The notes beneath the pieces were generated by a model, which ran no database searches, was not told the origin of the DNA, and was given only the letters and a program-made list of their open reading frames with translations. A stretch of DNA of 64,000 bases from an uncultured delta proteobacterium (lineage in GTDB: Bacteria; Desulfobacterota; Syntrophia; Syntrophales; Fen-1087), in NCBI GenBank assembly GCA_963709485.1, contig CAVPWE010000005.1:68012-132011 (forward strand), in the 5' to 3' direction. Below are positions 38,359 through 48,381 of the stretch, piece by piece (within the stretch, counting starts at the first letter, position 1; each line of letters starts with the position of its first letter). Made by a program: the position numbers and the translations under genes.

Positions 38359-39276
38359 CTACTCACCGATCACGCGAACTTCCGTCTCCAGGGAAATGCC
38401 CGTTTGCTCCCGGACTTTCTCTTTCACCAGCTCAATCAGGGCGACGATGTCGGCCGCACTCGCCTTTCCCACGTTGACAATGAAATTGCCATGCTTTTCC
38501 GATACCATGGCCCCGCCGATCCGCGCACCCTTCAGCCCTGCCTCCTCGATGATCCGGCCGGCGGGCCCGCCTTCGGGATTCTTGAATATGGATCCGGCGT
38601 TGGGGTATTCGAGCGGATGCTTCCGCCCCCGCTTCGACAGGATATCGGCAACGCGCTCCCGAATTTTCACGGGGTCACCCTGCCGCAGGGCGAAAGCCGC
38701 GCCGACCACGATCATCCCCTCCGGAAGGTTGAGCTTCCGGTACGCGAAGGCCAGCTCTTTTTTTTCGCGCCGCAACAGCTCGCCGCGGCCGTTCATCAGG
38801 GTTGCCTCCTCGATGACATCCCGAATCTCGCTCCCGTACGCACCGGCATTCATCATGACCGCCCCGCCGACGCTTCCGGGGATGCCGGCGCAGAATTCCA
38901 TGCCGGTGAAACCGTCCCGGGCGGCGACACGGACCACCTCGGCAACGGGGACGCCGGCCTCGACGCGGGCCAGGGCGCCGCCCTGCGCGTCCCGCTCCCA
39001 GACGGCGCCCTGCAGGCGCTGCATGGAGATGAGGACGCCCCGATAGCCCCCGTCCCGGACGATCAGGTTGGTCCAGTTGCCGACCGGGGTGTAGGGCACG
39101 CCGGAGCGCCGGCAATGCGCGATGACCCGCCGGAGCGCCGCGACGCTGCGCGGAAAGGCCAGCGCATCGGCCCTGCCGCCGACCCGAATGGAGGTATGGC
39201 GGTCCAGGGGCTCGTCGAAAAGGACATCCCCCCCGACCGCCTCCTTCAATTCATCCCGAAAAGCCTGGCCCGTCAT
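38359..39276 (-). CDS. murB: UDP-N-acetylenolpyruvoylglucosamine reductase MurB
   Basis: HTSIRVGGRAD, GNWTNLIVRDGGYRG, AGSIFKNP motifs. Confidence 0.9.
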   Translation of the reverse strand: MTGQAFRDELKEAVGGDVLFDEPLDRHTSIRVGGRADALAFPRSVAALRRVIAHCRRSGVPYTPVGNWTNLIVRDGGYRGVLISMQRLQGAVWERDAQGGALARVEAGVPVAEVVRVAARDGFTGMEFCAGIPGSVGGAVMMNAGAYGSEIRDVIEEATLMNGRGELLRREKKELAFAYRKLNLPEGMIVVGAAFALRQGDPVKIRERVADILSKRGRKHPLEYPNAGSIFKNPEGGPAGRIIEEAGLKGARIGGAMVSEKHGNFIVNVGKASAADIVALIELVKEKVREQTGISLETEVRVIGE

Positions 39277-39309
39277 TATCTCTTTTGCCCGAAAAAGTCC
39301 CCGTTTTTT

Positions 39310-40740
39310 TCATTCCCCGCCCCGCGGCCGGGCCGCCTCGCCCGCCCGCCTTAAAAATTCCTCCCCGATCTTCCACACGCTGCCCGCTCCCTGGGTGATG
39401 ATCACATCCGTCGGCTTTGCCATCGCCAGCAGGTGATCGGCGATCCGGTCGAAGCCGGAGAGATAGACAACGTCCCGATGACCGCGCGCCCGGATCCCCT
39501 CGCAGAGGCCGGCGGCGCTCACCCCTTCGATCGGTTTTTCACTGGCTGCGTAGATGTCCGTGACAATGAGGTGGTCGGCATCGGGAAAAGCCTCGAGAAA
39601 TTCGTCGTAAAGTTTCTGTGTGCGGGAGTAGCGGTGGGGCTGAAACACGACGATTATCCGGTCTTTCCAGACCTGCCGGGCCGCCGCCAGGGTTTCCCGG
39701 ATTTCCGTCGGATGATGGCCGTAATCGTCCACCACGGTGACCCCCCCCGCCTTCCCCTTGATCTCCAGGCGGCGATGAACCCCGACAAAGGCGGCAAGCC
39801 CCTCGCGGATCGCGTCAAAAGGCAGATCCAGCTCCCGCGCCACGGCAATCGCGGCCAGCGCATTGGCGACATTGAACCGCCCGGGGACATTCAGGGTCAC
39901 CTCCCCCAGATGCTCGCCGCGGCAGGAAACGGAGAATTTCGACTGCGGACCGTCCAGCACGATGCCCTCCGCCCGGTAATCCGCCGGGCTGGACAGGCCG
40001 TAGGTCGTCACCCTTCGCTTGATCCGGGGAAGGATCGTCCGGATATGCCCGTCGTCCACGCAGAGGATGGTGCACCCATAAAAGGGGACGATGTTGGCGA
40101 ACTTGAGAAAGGCCTCCTTGATCTCCTCGATGTCCCGGTAATGGTCGAGGTGCTCCCGGTCCACGTTCGTGATGACGGCCAGGCAGGGATTGAGTTTCAG
40201 AAAGGAACCGTCGCTCTCATCCGCCTCGGCGACGATGATCTCGCCGTCGCCGATCTTGGCATTGCTGCCGATGCTGGCCAGCTTGCCGCCGATGACCATC
40301 GTGGGGTCCAGGCCGCCGTGCGCCAGGACCGTGGACACCATGGACGTCGTCGTCGTTTTGCCGTGGCTTCCGGACACGGCAACGGAAAACTTCATCTTCA
40401 GGAGCTCCGCCAGCATCTCCGCGCGCGGAATGACCGGGATGCCGCGCCGGTGCGCCTCCAGCACCTCCGGGTTGTCCTCCCTGACCGCCGTGGAGGTCAC
40501 CACGACATCGGCGTTCACCAGGTGGGAAGCCGCATGCCCGTCGAAAATCACGGCTCCGAGAGAGGCCAGACGATGCGTGATGTCCGTCAGGCTGACATCG
40601 GACCCGCTGACGGCATACCCGAGGTTCAGCAGGACTTCCGCGATGCCGCTCATGCCGATGCCGCCGATGCCGACAAAATGGATCCGCCGGACTTTCCGCT
40701 TCATGCTGTCGATCTGTCGATAATCGCTCATGGGCTGCAT
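39310..40740 (-). CDS. murC: UDP-N-acetylmuramate--L-alanine ligase MurC
   Basis: [29 protein letters not shown]. The start may be a downstream in-frame ATG (40731 or 40704). Confidence 0.9.
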   Translation of the reverse strand: MQPMSDYRQIDSMKRKVRRIHFVGIGGIGMSGIAEVLLNLGYAVSGSDVSLTDITHRLASLGAVIFDGHAASHLVNADVVVTSTAVREDNPEVLEAHRRGIPVIPRAEMLAELLKMKFSVAVSGSHGKTTTTSMVSTVLAHGGLDPTMVIGGKLASIGSNAKIGDGEIIVAEADESDGSFLKLNPCLAVITNVDREHLDHYRDIEEIKEAFLKFANIVPFYGCTILCVDDGHIRTILPRIKRRVTTYGLSSPADYRAEGIVLDGPQSKFSVSCRGEHLGEVTLNVPGRFNVANALAAIAVARELDLPFDAIREGLAAFVGVHRRLEIKGKAGGVTVVDDYGHHPTEIRETLAAARQVWKDRIIVVFQPHRYSRTQKLYDEFLEAFPDADHLIVTDIYAASEKPIEGVSAAGLCEGIRARGHRDVVYLSGFDRIADHLLAMAKPTDVIITQGAGSVWKIGEEFLRRAGEAARPRGGE

Positions 40741-41861
40741 CCTGTCTTGTTTTTCGCATTCACCAGTTCCAGGCAGGCGTCGACGATGCCGGCCGCGGCC
40801 CCGGCGTTTCCCAGACCCGACGACCGCTCCTCCATGCGGCGGATCCGTTCCGGATTTTCGGCATAGGCCCGGACGGCCTCCGCCAGGCGCCGGCCGCTCA
40901 GCTCGCTTTCGGGGATCATTTCCGCCGCGCCGGCCCGGACGAGGACTTCCGCATTTTTGGTCTGGTGGTCCTCGACGGCATGGGGAAAGGGAATCAGGAC
41001 GGCCGCTTTCCCGATGGCCGTGATCTCGGCGATGGACGTGGCGCCGGCCCTGCAGATGACCAGGTCCGCCGCCCGGTAGGCCGAAGCCATGTCCATGATA
41101 AACGGCAGCGCCTCCGCATTCATTCCCCGGCCGAGATAGGCTTTGCTGATCTCCTCCAAATCTCCCTCTCCCGTCTGATGAACGATCTTCAGCCGGTCGC
41201 GCATGGGTTCGAGATGATCCAGTGCCGCCAACAGCGCCTGATTGATGGCATGGGCCCCCTGGCTGCCGCCAAAGACGAGCAGCGTAAAAAGGCCCGGCAG
41301 CCGGGAGCGGTCGCTTTCCTTCGTGAAAAAACGGCTCCGGATCGGGTTGCCCGTCACGGTCACTTTTTCCTTCCGGAACGATTTTTCGGTTTCCGGGAAG
41401 CTCAGGAACACCCGGTCCACAAACCGGCCGAGGATCCGGTTGGTCAGTCCGGGCAGGGCGTTCTGTTCCGCCAGGGCCGTTCGGACCCCCATCCAGTGCG
41501 CCGCCATGACGGCGGGCCCGGAAGCATACCCGCCGACGCCGATCACGAGATCCGGAGCGAAGCGCCGGACAATTCGAATCGACTGCAAAAGGCTCTTCGG
41601 GATTCGCAGCAGGGCCTGCAACGTCCGGACCGGACCCTTTCCCTTGATGCCCGCCACGTCAATGGTCTCCAGGGAAAATCCCAGCTTGTCCAGGATTCTT
41701 GCCTCCAGCCCCCTTCTCGTCCCGACAAAGAGAATGCGGTGCTCCCGGTTTCTTCTCAGGAATTCCTCCGCCAGGGCAATCCCGGGGAAAAGATGTCCTC
41801 CCGTTCCCCCTCCCGCGATCATCACCCGCACCTTCGATCCCCATCTTTCACAAGCGTTCAC
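40728..41861 (-). CDS. murG: undecaprenyldiphospho-muramoylpentapeptide beta-N-acetylglucosaminyltransferase MurG
   Basis: [21 protein letters not shown]-terminal [13 protein letters not shown] motif ([10 protein letters not shown]). Confidence 0.9.
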   Translation of the reverse strand: MNACERWGSKVRVMIAGGGTGGHLFPGIALAEEFLRRNREHRILFVGTRRGLEARILDKLGFSLETIDVAGIKGKGPVRTLQALLRIPKSLLQSIRIVRRFAPDLVIGVGGYASGPAVMAAHWMGVRTALAEQNALPGLTNRILGRFVDRVFLSFPETEKSFRKEKVTVTGNPIRSRFFTKESDRSRLPGLFTLLVFGGSQGAHAINQALLAALDHLEPMRDRLKIVHQTGEGDLEEISKAYLGRGMNAEALPFIMDMASAYRAADLVICRAGATSIAEITAIGKAAVLIPFPHAVEDHQTKNAEVLVRAGAAEMIPESELSGRRLAEAVRAYAENPERIRRMEERSSGLGNAGAAAGIVDACLELVNAKNKTGCSP

Positions 41862-42988
41862 GAATTCTCATGTGACGAAATATTCAGCAGAACCCCCACC
41901 GCCACGAGGCTCATGACCAGCGAACTCCCCCCGTAGCTGAGAAAAGGCAGCGTCAGGCCCTTCAGGGGGATCAGCCCCATGACACCCGCGATGTTGATGA
42001 ACACTTCCAGGGCAATGACCATGGTCAGTCCGGCGGCAAGCAGCGTTCCAAAAAGATCGGAGGCCCTGAAAGCGATGACAAATCCCCGCACCACCAGGAT
42101 CCCGTAAAGAAGGATGACGGTCGCAACGCCCAGGAAGCCGCTCTCCTCGGCAAGGACGGACAGAATGAAATCCGTATGCGGCTCCGGCAGATAAAAGAGC
42201 TTCTGCATCCCGTCGCCGATCCCGACCCCGAAAGTCCCGCCGGAACCGAAGGACAGGAGCGACTGGATGATCTGAAACCCCTTGTTGCTCGGATCGTTCC
42301 AGGGATTCAGGAAGATCTTCAACCGGTCGATCCGGTAGGCCTTGTGAACGATCATCCAGACGCCGAAGGGAATCATGACGGCCGTGAGGCCCGCCAGGTG
42401 CGTCAGCCTTGTGCCGGACAGGTAGAGCATCAGCATCATGAGCAGGGCCATGAGCGCCGACGTTCCGAAGTCCGGTTCCAGGGCGACCAGGCCGATGACG
42501 AGCAGCGTCACGAGCATCGGGATCAGGACACCGCGGCTGAATTTCGTGATGCAGCTCACTTTCCTCGTCAGGTAGTGGGCAAGAAACAGGACCAGGCAGA
42601 TCTTCACCAGTTCCGTGACCTGGAAGGAAAAAAAGACCAGGTTCAGCCACCGCCTTGCGCCGCCGGCCCGGATGCCCACATGGGGGATGAAAATCAGCAG
42701 GAGCAGGATCACGGAAACGACGATCCCCGGATAGGCCCATCGCCTCAGGCGATGATAATCGAACTTGATCAGAAAGACCATGAGACCCAGACCCAGTGCG
42801 ACAAAAAGGACCTGCTTCTTCAGAAAATGCTCGGCGTCCTTGAAACGCTCCATCGCCAGGATGGAGCTGGAGCTGTAAATCATGGCCGTCCCCACGGCGA
42901 CGAGGATCAGCGTGATCACCAGCAGGATGATGTCCGGCCGCTGCTCTTCCGGGGACTCCCGTTCGATCATGAAAGACTCCCGACCCAT
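41858..42988 (-). CDS. ftsW: peptidoglycan glycosyltransferase FtsW (SEDS family)
   Basis: Polytopic. RWLNLVFFSFQVTELVK, GGTFGVGIGDG, LPEPHTDFI. ATG 42970 (ATGA overlap with the murD stop) is an equally good start. Confidence 0.85.
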   Translation of the reverse strand: MGRESFMIERESPEEQRPDIILLVITLILVAVGTAMIYSSSSILAMERFKDAEHFLKKQVLFVALGLGLMVFLIKFDYHRLRRWAYPGIVVSVILLLLIFIPHVGIRAGGARRWLNLVFFSFQVTELVKICLVLFLAHYLTRKVSCITKFSRGVLIPMLVTLLVIGLVALEPDFGTSALMALLMMLMLYLSGTRLTHLAGLTAVMIPFGVWMIVHKAYRIDRLKIFLNPWNDPSNKGFQIIQSLLSFGSGGTFGVGIGDGMQKLFYLPEPHTDFILSVLAEESGFLGVATVILLYGILVVRGFVIAFRASDLFGTLLAAGLTMVIALEVFINIAGVMGLIPLKGLTLPFLSYGGSSLVMSLVAVGVLLNISSHENS

Positions 42989-44319
42989 TTCTTGAAAAAA
43001 TCGCCTCTCGCCCTGTAATCCGTGAACTCGTCGAAGCTGGCACAGCCCGGGGACAGGAGGACCACGTCTCCGGGAGCGGCGTGATGCCTGGCCAGTTCCA
43101 TTGCGTCATGCAGGGTTGCCGCCGGATCGGTCTCCACCGCACCCCCGATCCGCTCGCCGATCCTCGCCCGGGCTTCCCCGAACAGGACAAGCCGCTTCAC
43201 CCGGTCCCGGACGGGCGCCGCCAGGGACGCAAAGTCGCTTTCCTTGTCCCGGCCTCCCATCAGCAGGATCACCGGCCTGGAAAAGGTCTCCAGCGCCCGC
43301 ATCACCGCGCCCACATTGGTCGCCTTGGAATCGTCGTAAAAGGCGATCCCGCCTTTCTCGCCGGCAAACTCGATGCGGTGGGCAATCCCCCCGAATCCTT
43401 GCACGGCCTGGATAATGGCCTCCCGGGAACAGCCGGAAACCCGGGAGACCATGATCGCAGCCATGACATTTTCGAGATTGTGGGCGCCGGGGATGCGGAT
43501 GATGTCCAGGGGGTAGACTTCTTCCGCATCCTCCGGTCCCCTGCAGTGGACCAGGTTTCCCCGGTCCGGGAACATGCCGCGCCGAACTTTTCCGGATGAA
43601 CTGAAGCACGCGATTTCGGCCGCCAGCCTCGCCGAGAGACCCGCGGTCAGAGGGTCGCCGGCATTGAGAACGGCCCGGTCCCTCGCGGTCTGATTTTCGA
43701 AAATCCGCTCCTTGACCCGCCGGTAGTCCGCGAAGCTTCCATGATAGTCGACATGGTCGGGGGTGACGTTCAGCAGCACGGCCACATCGGGCCGGAAGCG
43801 GCGGGTCCACTGCAACTGGAAACTGCTGACCTCGACCACCGCATATTCCGCCTCCTGTTTCCCGTCGACAAAGCCGATCAGGGGGCAGCCGATATTCCCC
43901 CCGACGAACACCTTTTTCCCCGCCTTTTTCATAATTTCCCCGACCAGGGTCGTCGTAGTGGTCTTGCCGTTGGTCCCGGTGATCGCGATCATCGGCCGTC
44001 GCAGAAAGCGGCCGGCCAGCTCCAGTTCGCTCATGACCGGTATGCCCTGCTTCACCGCCCCGGTCAGAATGCCGTTGGATGGAGCGACGCCCGGCGAGGG
44101 CACAACCAGATCGATGCCCGGCCCGACGGCTGCAAGACCCGCGGAAAAGGTAAAGCGGTGGCGGAATTCCGCGAGCGCAGCGAACGCCTCCTGCAGCTCC
44201 GAGGCGGGCTTCTCGTCGGTCGCGACGATCTCCGCGCCCCGGCGGGCCAGAAAGCGGACGGTGTCGATCCCCGTTCTGCCCAGGCCGACGACCAGCACCC
44301 GTTTACCCGAAAGTTCCAT
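42967..44319 (-). CDS. murD: UDP-N-acetylmuramoylalanine--D-glutamate ligase MurD
   Basis: VLVVGLGRTGIDTVRFL, ITGTNGKTTTTTLV. Confidence 0.9.
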   Translation of the reverse strand: MELSGKRVLVVGLGRTGIDTVRFLARRGAEIVATDEKPASELQEAFAALAEFRHRFTFSAGLAAVGPGIDLVVPSPGVAPSNGILTGAVKQGIPVMSELELAGRFLRRPMIAITGTNGKTTTTTLVGEIMKKAGKKVFVGGNIGCPLIGFVDGKQEAEYAVVEVSSFQLQWTRRFRPDVAVLLNVTPDHVDYHGSFADYRRVKERIFENQTARDRAVLNAGDPLTAGLSARLAAEIACFSSSGKVRRGMFPDRGNLVHCRGPEDAEEVYPLDIIRIPGAHNLENVMAAIMVSRVSGCSREAIIQAVQGFGGIAHRIEFAGEKGGIAFYDDSKATNVGAVMRALETFSRPVILLMGGRDKESDFASLAAPVRDRVKRLVLFGEARARIGERIGGAVETDPAATLHDAMELARHHAAPGDVVLLSPGCASFDEFTDYRARGDFFKKWVGSLS

Positions 44320-44328
44320 CGATCCGCC

Positions 44329-45408
44329 CTACCTCAGTTTCAGCGTGCTGACCGCAACCAGGGCCAGCAGGATCGAGATAATCCAGAAACGCACGATAAT
44401 CTTGGGTTCCGCCCATCCCTTCAGCTCAAAGTGATGGTGGATCGGCGCCATCCTGAAAATACGCCTCCCGTGGGAAACCTTGAACCACCCCACCTGAAAG
44501 ATCACGGAAAAGGTTTCCATGACAAAGATCCCGCCCACGATGGCAAGGAGGATTTCCTGTTTCGTCATCACCGCGAGCCCGCCCAGGGCGCCGCCGAGCG
44601 ACAGCGAGCCGACGTCGCCCATGAAGACCTGCGCCGGGTAGGTGTTGTACCAGAGGAAACCCATCCCCGCGCCCACCATGGCGCCGCAGAAAATGGCCAG
44701 CTCGCCCGTGCCGGCGACATAGGGGATCTGCAGATAGCCCGATATTCTGCTGTTGCCGGCGAAATAGGCAAAGAACAGATAGGTCAGGAAACAGGTGATC
44801 GCCGGGCCGATGGCCAGGCCGTCCAGCCCGTCCGTGAGATTCACCGCATTGGCCGTGCCGACAATGATGAAGGTGGAAAGAAGCACATAGCCCCACCCGA
44901 GGTCGGGCAGCACCGTTTTAAAAAACGGCAGGGTGATGTTGGAGCTGAAGCCCGGCTGGTAAAACAGGATCAGGCTGATAAAAAGGGCAATGGCCACTTC
45001 CGCCGCCAGCCGGACCGTTCCGGGAACGCCCCGGCTGCTCCGGCTGGTCAGTTTCCGGATGTCGTCCGCCATGCCGATGAGGCCGAAGCTGATGGTCACC
45101 ATCAGGATCATCCAGATGAAATTGACCGTCAGATTGGCCCAGAGGAAGGTGGAGATGACCGTCGCAAAAATGATCAGCACGCCGCCCATGGTCGGTGTGC
45201 CTTTTTTCGTCATGTGCGAATCCGGGCCGTCTTCCCGGATCGGCTGGCCGATCTGCAGGGACTGCAGTTTTCGAATCATCCAGGGGCCCAGGATGAAACA
45301 GATCACCAGGGCGGTAATTGCCGCATAGATGGTCCGGAACGTTATGTAGCGAAAAACGTTGAAGCTCGAAATTGTCGTATGCAGCGGGTATAAGAGATGG
45401 TAGATCAA
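44329..45408 (-). CDS. mraY: phospho-N-acetylmuramoyl-pentapeptide transferase MraY
   Basis: [40 protein letters not shown]. Confidence 0.95.
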   Translation of the reverse strand: MIYHLLYPLHTTISSFNVFRYITFRTIYAAITALVICFILGPWMIRKLQSLQIGQPIREDGPDSHMTKKGTPTMGGVLIIFATVISTFLWANLTVNFIWMILMVTISFGLIGMADDIRKLTSRSSRGVPGTVRLAAEVAIALFISLILFYQPGFSSNITLPFFKTVLPDLGWGYVLLSTFIIVGTANAVNLTDGLDGLAIGPAITCFLTYLFFAYFAGNSRISGYLQIPYVAGTGELAIFCGAMVGAGMGFLWYNTYPAQVFMGDVGSLSLGGALGGLAVMTKQEILLAIVGGIFVMETFSVIFQVGWFKVSHGRRIFRMAPIHHHFELKGWAEPKIIVRFWIISILLALVAVSTLKLR

Positions 45409-45412
45409 CAGG

Positions 45413-46837
45413 CTATCCCCTCAAACCGAAATCTTCGATCACGTCCCGGACCACTTCTTCCATCTTCATCTTGCGGGATCCCTTGACCAGGACCCAGTCT
45501 CCTTTTTTCAGGAAAGCCTGAAGCCGCTCCAAAACCTCTCCGGACTGTTCATAGAACGAAACCCGATCCGTCGCCAGGCCTCCCGCGACCGCCCCCCTGG
45601 CCGTGGCCCGGCAATGGTCTCCCTTGAGAAAAACCCGATCCACGCCCGCACCGGCTATCAGACGGCCGATGCCGGCGTGCAGCCTGCCGGCGTGCCCTCC
45701 CAGTTCGAGCATGTCCCCCAGAACGACGGCGCTGCGGTGCCTGCCTTTCAGTCCCTGCAGCGCCCTCAGCGCTTCCCGCACGGACAGCGGATTGGCATTG
45801 TAGGCATCGTCGATCAGATAAGCCCCGTTCCCGAGGGCGTGAATTTCAAAGCGTCCGGCAAGGGGCCTGAAGGACGCCAGCCCCCGGCAGATCGTGTCGT
45901 GATCCGCCCCGAAAGCCGCGGCGGCGGCGGCCGCTGCCAGCGCGTTGCACAGGTTGTGCTCGCCGGCGGCCTGCAGTTCAACCGCGCCGCGCGACCGGCC
46001 GATCTTCAGGGTAAAGGCAAGCCCCGGCGGCTTTTTCTTCCGCAGGTTCACGGCCGTGACATCGGCCCCGCGCCGCAGACCGAAGGTTATCTTTTTTCCC
46101 TGCCACTGCCCGCTTAAAAAGCGCAGCGCCGGATCATCGGCATTCATCACGGCCGTCCCGCGCACGGACATCTTCCGGAAGAGGTCGCTTTTTTCCCTGC
46201 GGATCCGGTCCAGGGATTTCAATTTTTCCAGATGCGCCGGACCGATGTTGGTGATCACGCCGATGTCCGGCCCTGCGATCCGGGTCAGCCGGCCGATCTC
46301 GCCGGGCTGGTTTGTCCCCAGCTCGACCACGGCCACATCATGTCGCCGGTTCAGCTTCAGCAGGGTCAGCGGCAGGCCCACCTGGTTGTTGAAATTTCCC
46401 TCCGTCTTGAGCACATTCCCGGTCTGCTCCAGGATCGCAGCCGTCATCTCCTTGGTTGTCGTTTTCCCGGTGCTTCCGGTGATCGCGATGACCGGGACAC
46501 CGATCCTCCTTCTCCAGAACCGGGCAATGTCCCCCAGCGCCTTCAGCGTATCCCGGACCCGGATCATCGGGACAGCGCGCGACAGCACCGGGAGGCCTGC
46601 TTCCGCATTGCCCTGAATGACCAGGCCGGCCGCGCCGGAGGCGACAGCCGCGCCGGCAAACTGATGCCCGTCAAAATTGTCACCTTTCAGGCAGATGAAA
46701 AGATCCCCCTTTGCGATCCGGCGGGAGTCCGTGGAGACGCCCCGAAAAATCACATCCGCAGGGCCGTTGCCCAGAGAGCCTCTCGTGGCCTGCAGCGCCT
46801 CCGGAACGGAAATGACGATTGTCGACCCCGCCCTCAA
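45413..46837 (-). CDS. murF: UDP-N-acetylmuramoyl-tripeptide--D-alanyl-D-alanine ligase MurF
   Basis: [35 protein letters not shown]. Confidence 0.9.
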   Translation of the reverse strand: MRAGSTIVISVPEALQATRGSLGNGPADVIFRGVSTDSRRIAKGDLFICLKGDNFDGHQFAGAAVASGAAGLVIQGNAEAGLPVLSRAVPMIRVRDTLKALGDIARFWRRRIGVPVIAITGSTGKTTTKEMTAAILEQTGNVLKTEGNFNNQVGLPLTLLKLNRRHDVAVVELGTNQPGEIGRLTRIAGPDIGVITNIGPAHLEKLKSLDRIRREKSDLFRKMSVRGTAVMNADDPALRFLSGQWQGKKITFGLRRGADVTAVNLRKKKPPGLAFTLKIGRSRGAVELQAAGEHNLCNALAAAAAAAAFGADHDTICRGLASFRPLAGRFEIHALGNGAYLIDDAYNANPLSVREALRALQGLKGRHRSAVVLGDMLELGGHAGRLHAGIGRLIAGAGVDRVFLKGDHCRATARGAVAGGLATDRVSFYEQSGEVLERLQAFLKKGDWVLVKGSRKMKMEEVVRDVIEDFGLRG

Positions 46838-48372
46838 AGCATCTTCCCCTGTGCCCTTCCGGCCAGCGCCGAAGCGGCAACCACACGGTCATCGAAGGCA
46901 ATGCGCCTGTTTCCCAGAATCTGATAGTCCTCATGGCCCTTGCCGGCAATCAGAACCATGTCCGACGGACCGGCACAGGCGATGATCTTGGCAATCGCCG
47001 CAGCACGGTCCGGGATAATGCTGTAATGCCTTTCCGGCGACCCCCCGGCAAATTCGTCCGCGGACACTTTGTTCATGATCTCCGAAGGGATGCCGGACGC
47101 GATCTGGCGAATGATCTCCATCGGCTCCTCCGTGCGCGGGTTGTCCGAAGTCAGGAGAAGCAGATCGCTCAGCTCCGCGGCCGCCCGGCCCATCCTGGGC
47201 CTCTTGCCGCGATCGCGGTCTCCCCCGCACCCGAAGAGCGTCAGCAGGCGGCCCTGCTTCTTGAACCCGGAGAGGTCCTGCAGGACCCGCCTCAGGGCAT
47301 CCTCGGTGTGGGCGTAATCGACAAATACCTGCGGATCGCCCGGCCCTCCGATTTTTTCCAGCCGTCCCGGAATCTGCTTCAGCGCGGCGATCCCCCGGCC
47401 GATTGCCTTCTCCGGAACGCGCAGCGCCGTCGCCGCCGCCGCGGCCGCCAGAATATTGTAGAGATTGAACCGGCCGACGAGCGGCGTGGAAACCTGGAAA
47501 CGGCCCCCGGCTGTTTCAATGCAGGCCCGGATTCCGCCCAGGGAAAGATCCACGTCGCGGGCACGCACATCGCAGGGATTGTCCATGCCGTAGCTCAATG
47601 CGGGCAGGACAGCCTCCTCAAGGAGCCTTCGGCCCCAGGGATCGTCGCCGTTGACGACCATGCGGCGACTCGGACTCCTTTTCCCGGCCGGGAGGATCTC
47701 CCGAAAGAACCTTTTTTTCGCGTCGAAGTAATTGTCCATCGTCTCGTGGTAGTCCAGGTGATCCTGCGTCAGATTGGTGAAGACCCCCAGGTCGAAGGAA
47801 CAGTCGTCCACCCGCCGCAGATCCAGGGAGTGCGATGACACCTCCGCAACCACATGGCTGACCCCGTCATCGGCCATCTCCCGGAGGATCCGCTGCATCT
47901 CCAGGGACTCCGGCGTCGTGTGGGGCGATGCCAGGACCTTCCCGCCGAAGCGGTAATTGACCGTCCCCAGAACCCCGGCGGACCATCCTGCCGCGGTGAA
48001 AATCGACTCCAGGAGATAGGTCACCGTGGTTTTGCCGTTGGTGCCGATGACGCCGACCAGGCAGAGCCGGGCCGAGGGATTTCCGTAGAAATTTCGCCCG
48101 AGAACGCCGAGGACCCGGCGGCTTTCGGAAACCTGCAATGCGGTGACGCCGGGAGAGGGGCTGTAGGGCTTTTCATGGACAATCACGCGGGCCCCCCTCC
48201 GGATCGCCTCGGGAATGTAATCGTGACCGTCCGCCACCAGGCCGGCAATCGCGACAAAGAGGCTGTTTTCCCCGCATTGCCGCGAGTCATAGCATACGCC
48301 GGAAACCATGCCGGACAAATCGCCGGTGCGCTTCAGGATCGAGACATCTTGCAGGAGCGTCGACAAATCCAC
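46834..48372 (-). CDS. murE: UDP-N-acetylmuramoyl-L-alanyl-D-glutamate--2,6-diaminopimelate ligase MurE
   Basis: CYDSRQCGENSLFVAI, GTNGKTTVTYL, DYAHTEDAL, GCGGDRDRGKRP. Confidence 0.9.
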   Translation of the reverse strand: MDLSTLLQDVSILKRTGDLSGMVSGVCYDSRQCGENSLFVAIAGLVADGHDYIPEAIRRGARVIVHEKPYSPSPGVTALQVSESRRVLGVLGRNFYGNPSARLCLVGVIGTNGKTTVTYLLESIFTAAGWSAGVLGTVNYRFGGKVLASPHTTPESLEMQRILREMADDGVSHVVAEVSSHSLDLRRVDDCSFDLGVFTNLTQDHLDYHETMDNYFDAKKRFFREILPAGKRSPSRRMVVNGDDPWGRRLLEEAVLPALSYGMDNPCDVRARDVDLSLGGIRACIETAGGRFQVSTPLVGRFNLYNILAAAAAATALRVPEKAIGRGIAALKQIPGRLEKIGGPGDPQVFVDYAHTEDALRRVLQDLSGFKKQGRLLTLFGCGGDRDRGKRPRMGRAAAELSDLLLLTSDNPRTEEPMEIIRQIASGIPSEIMNKVSADEFAGGSPERHYSIIPDRAAAIAKIIACAGPSDMVLIAGKGHEDYQILGNRRIAFDDRVVAASALAGRAQGKML

Positions 48373-48381
48373 CCGGTGACC

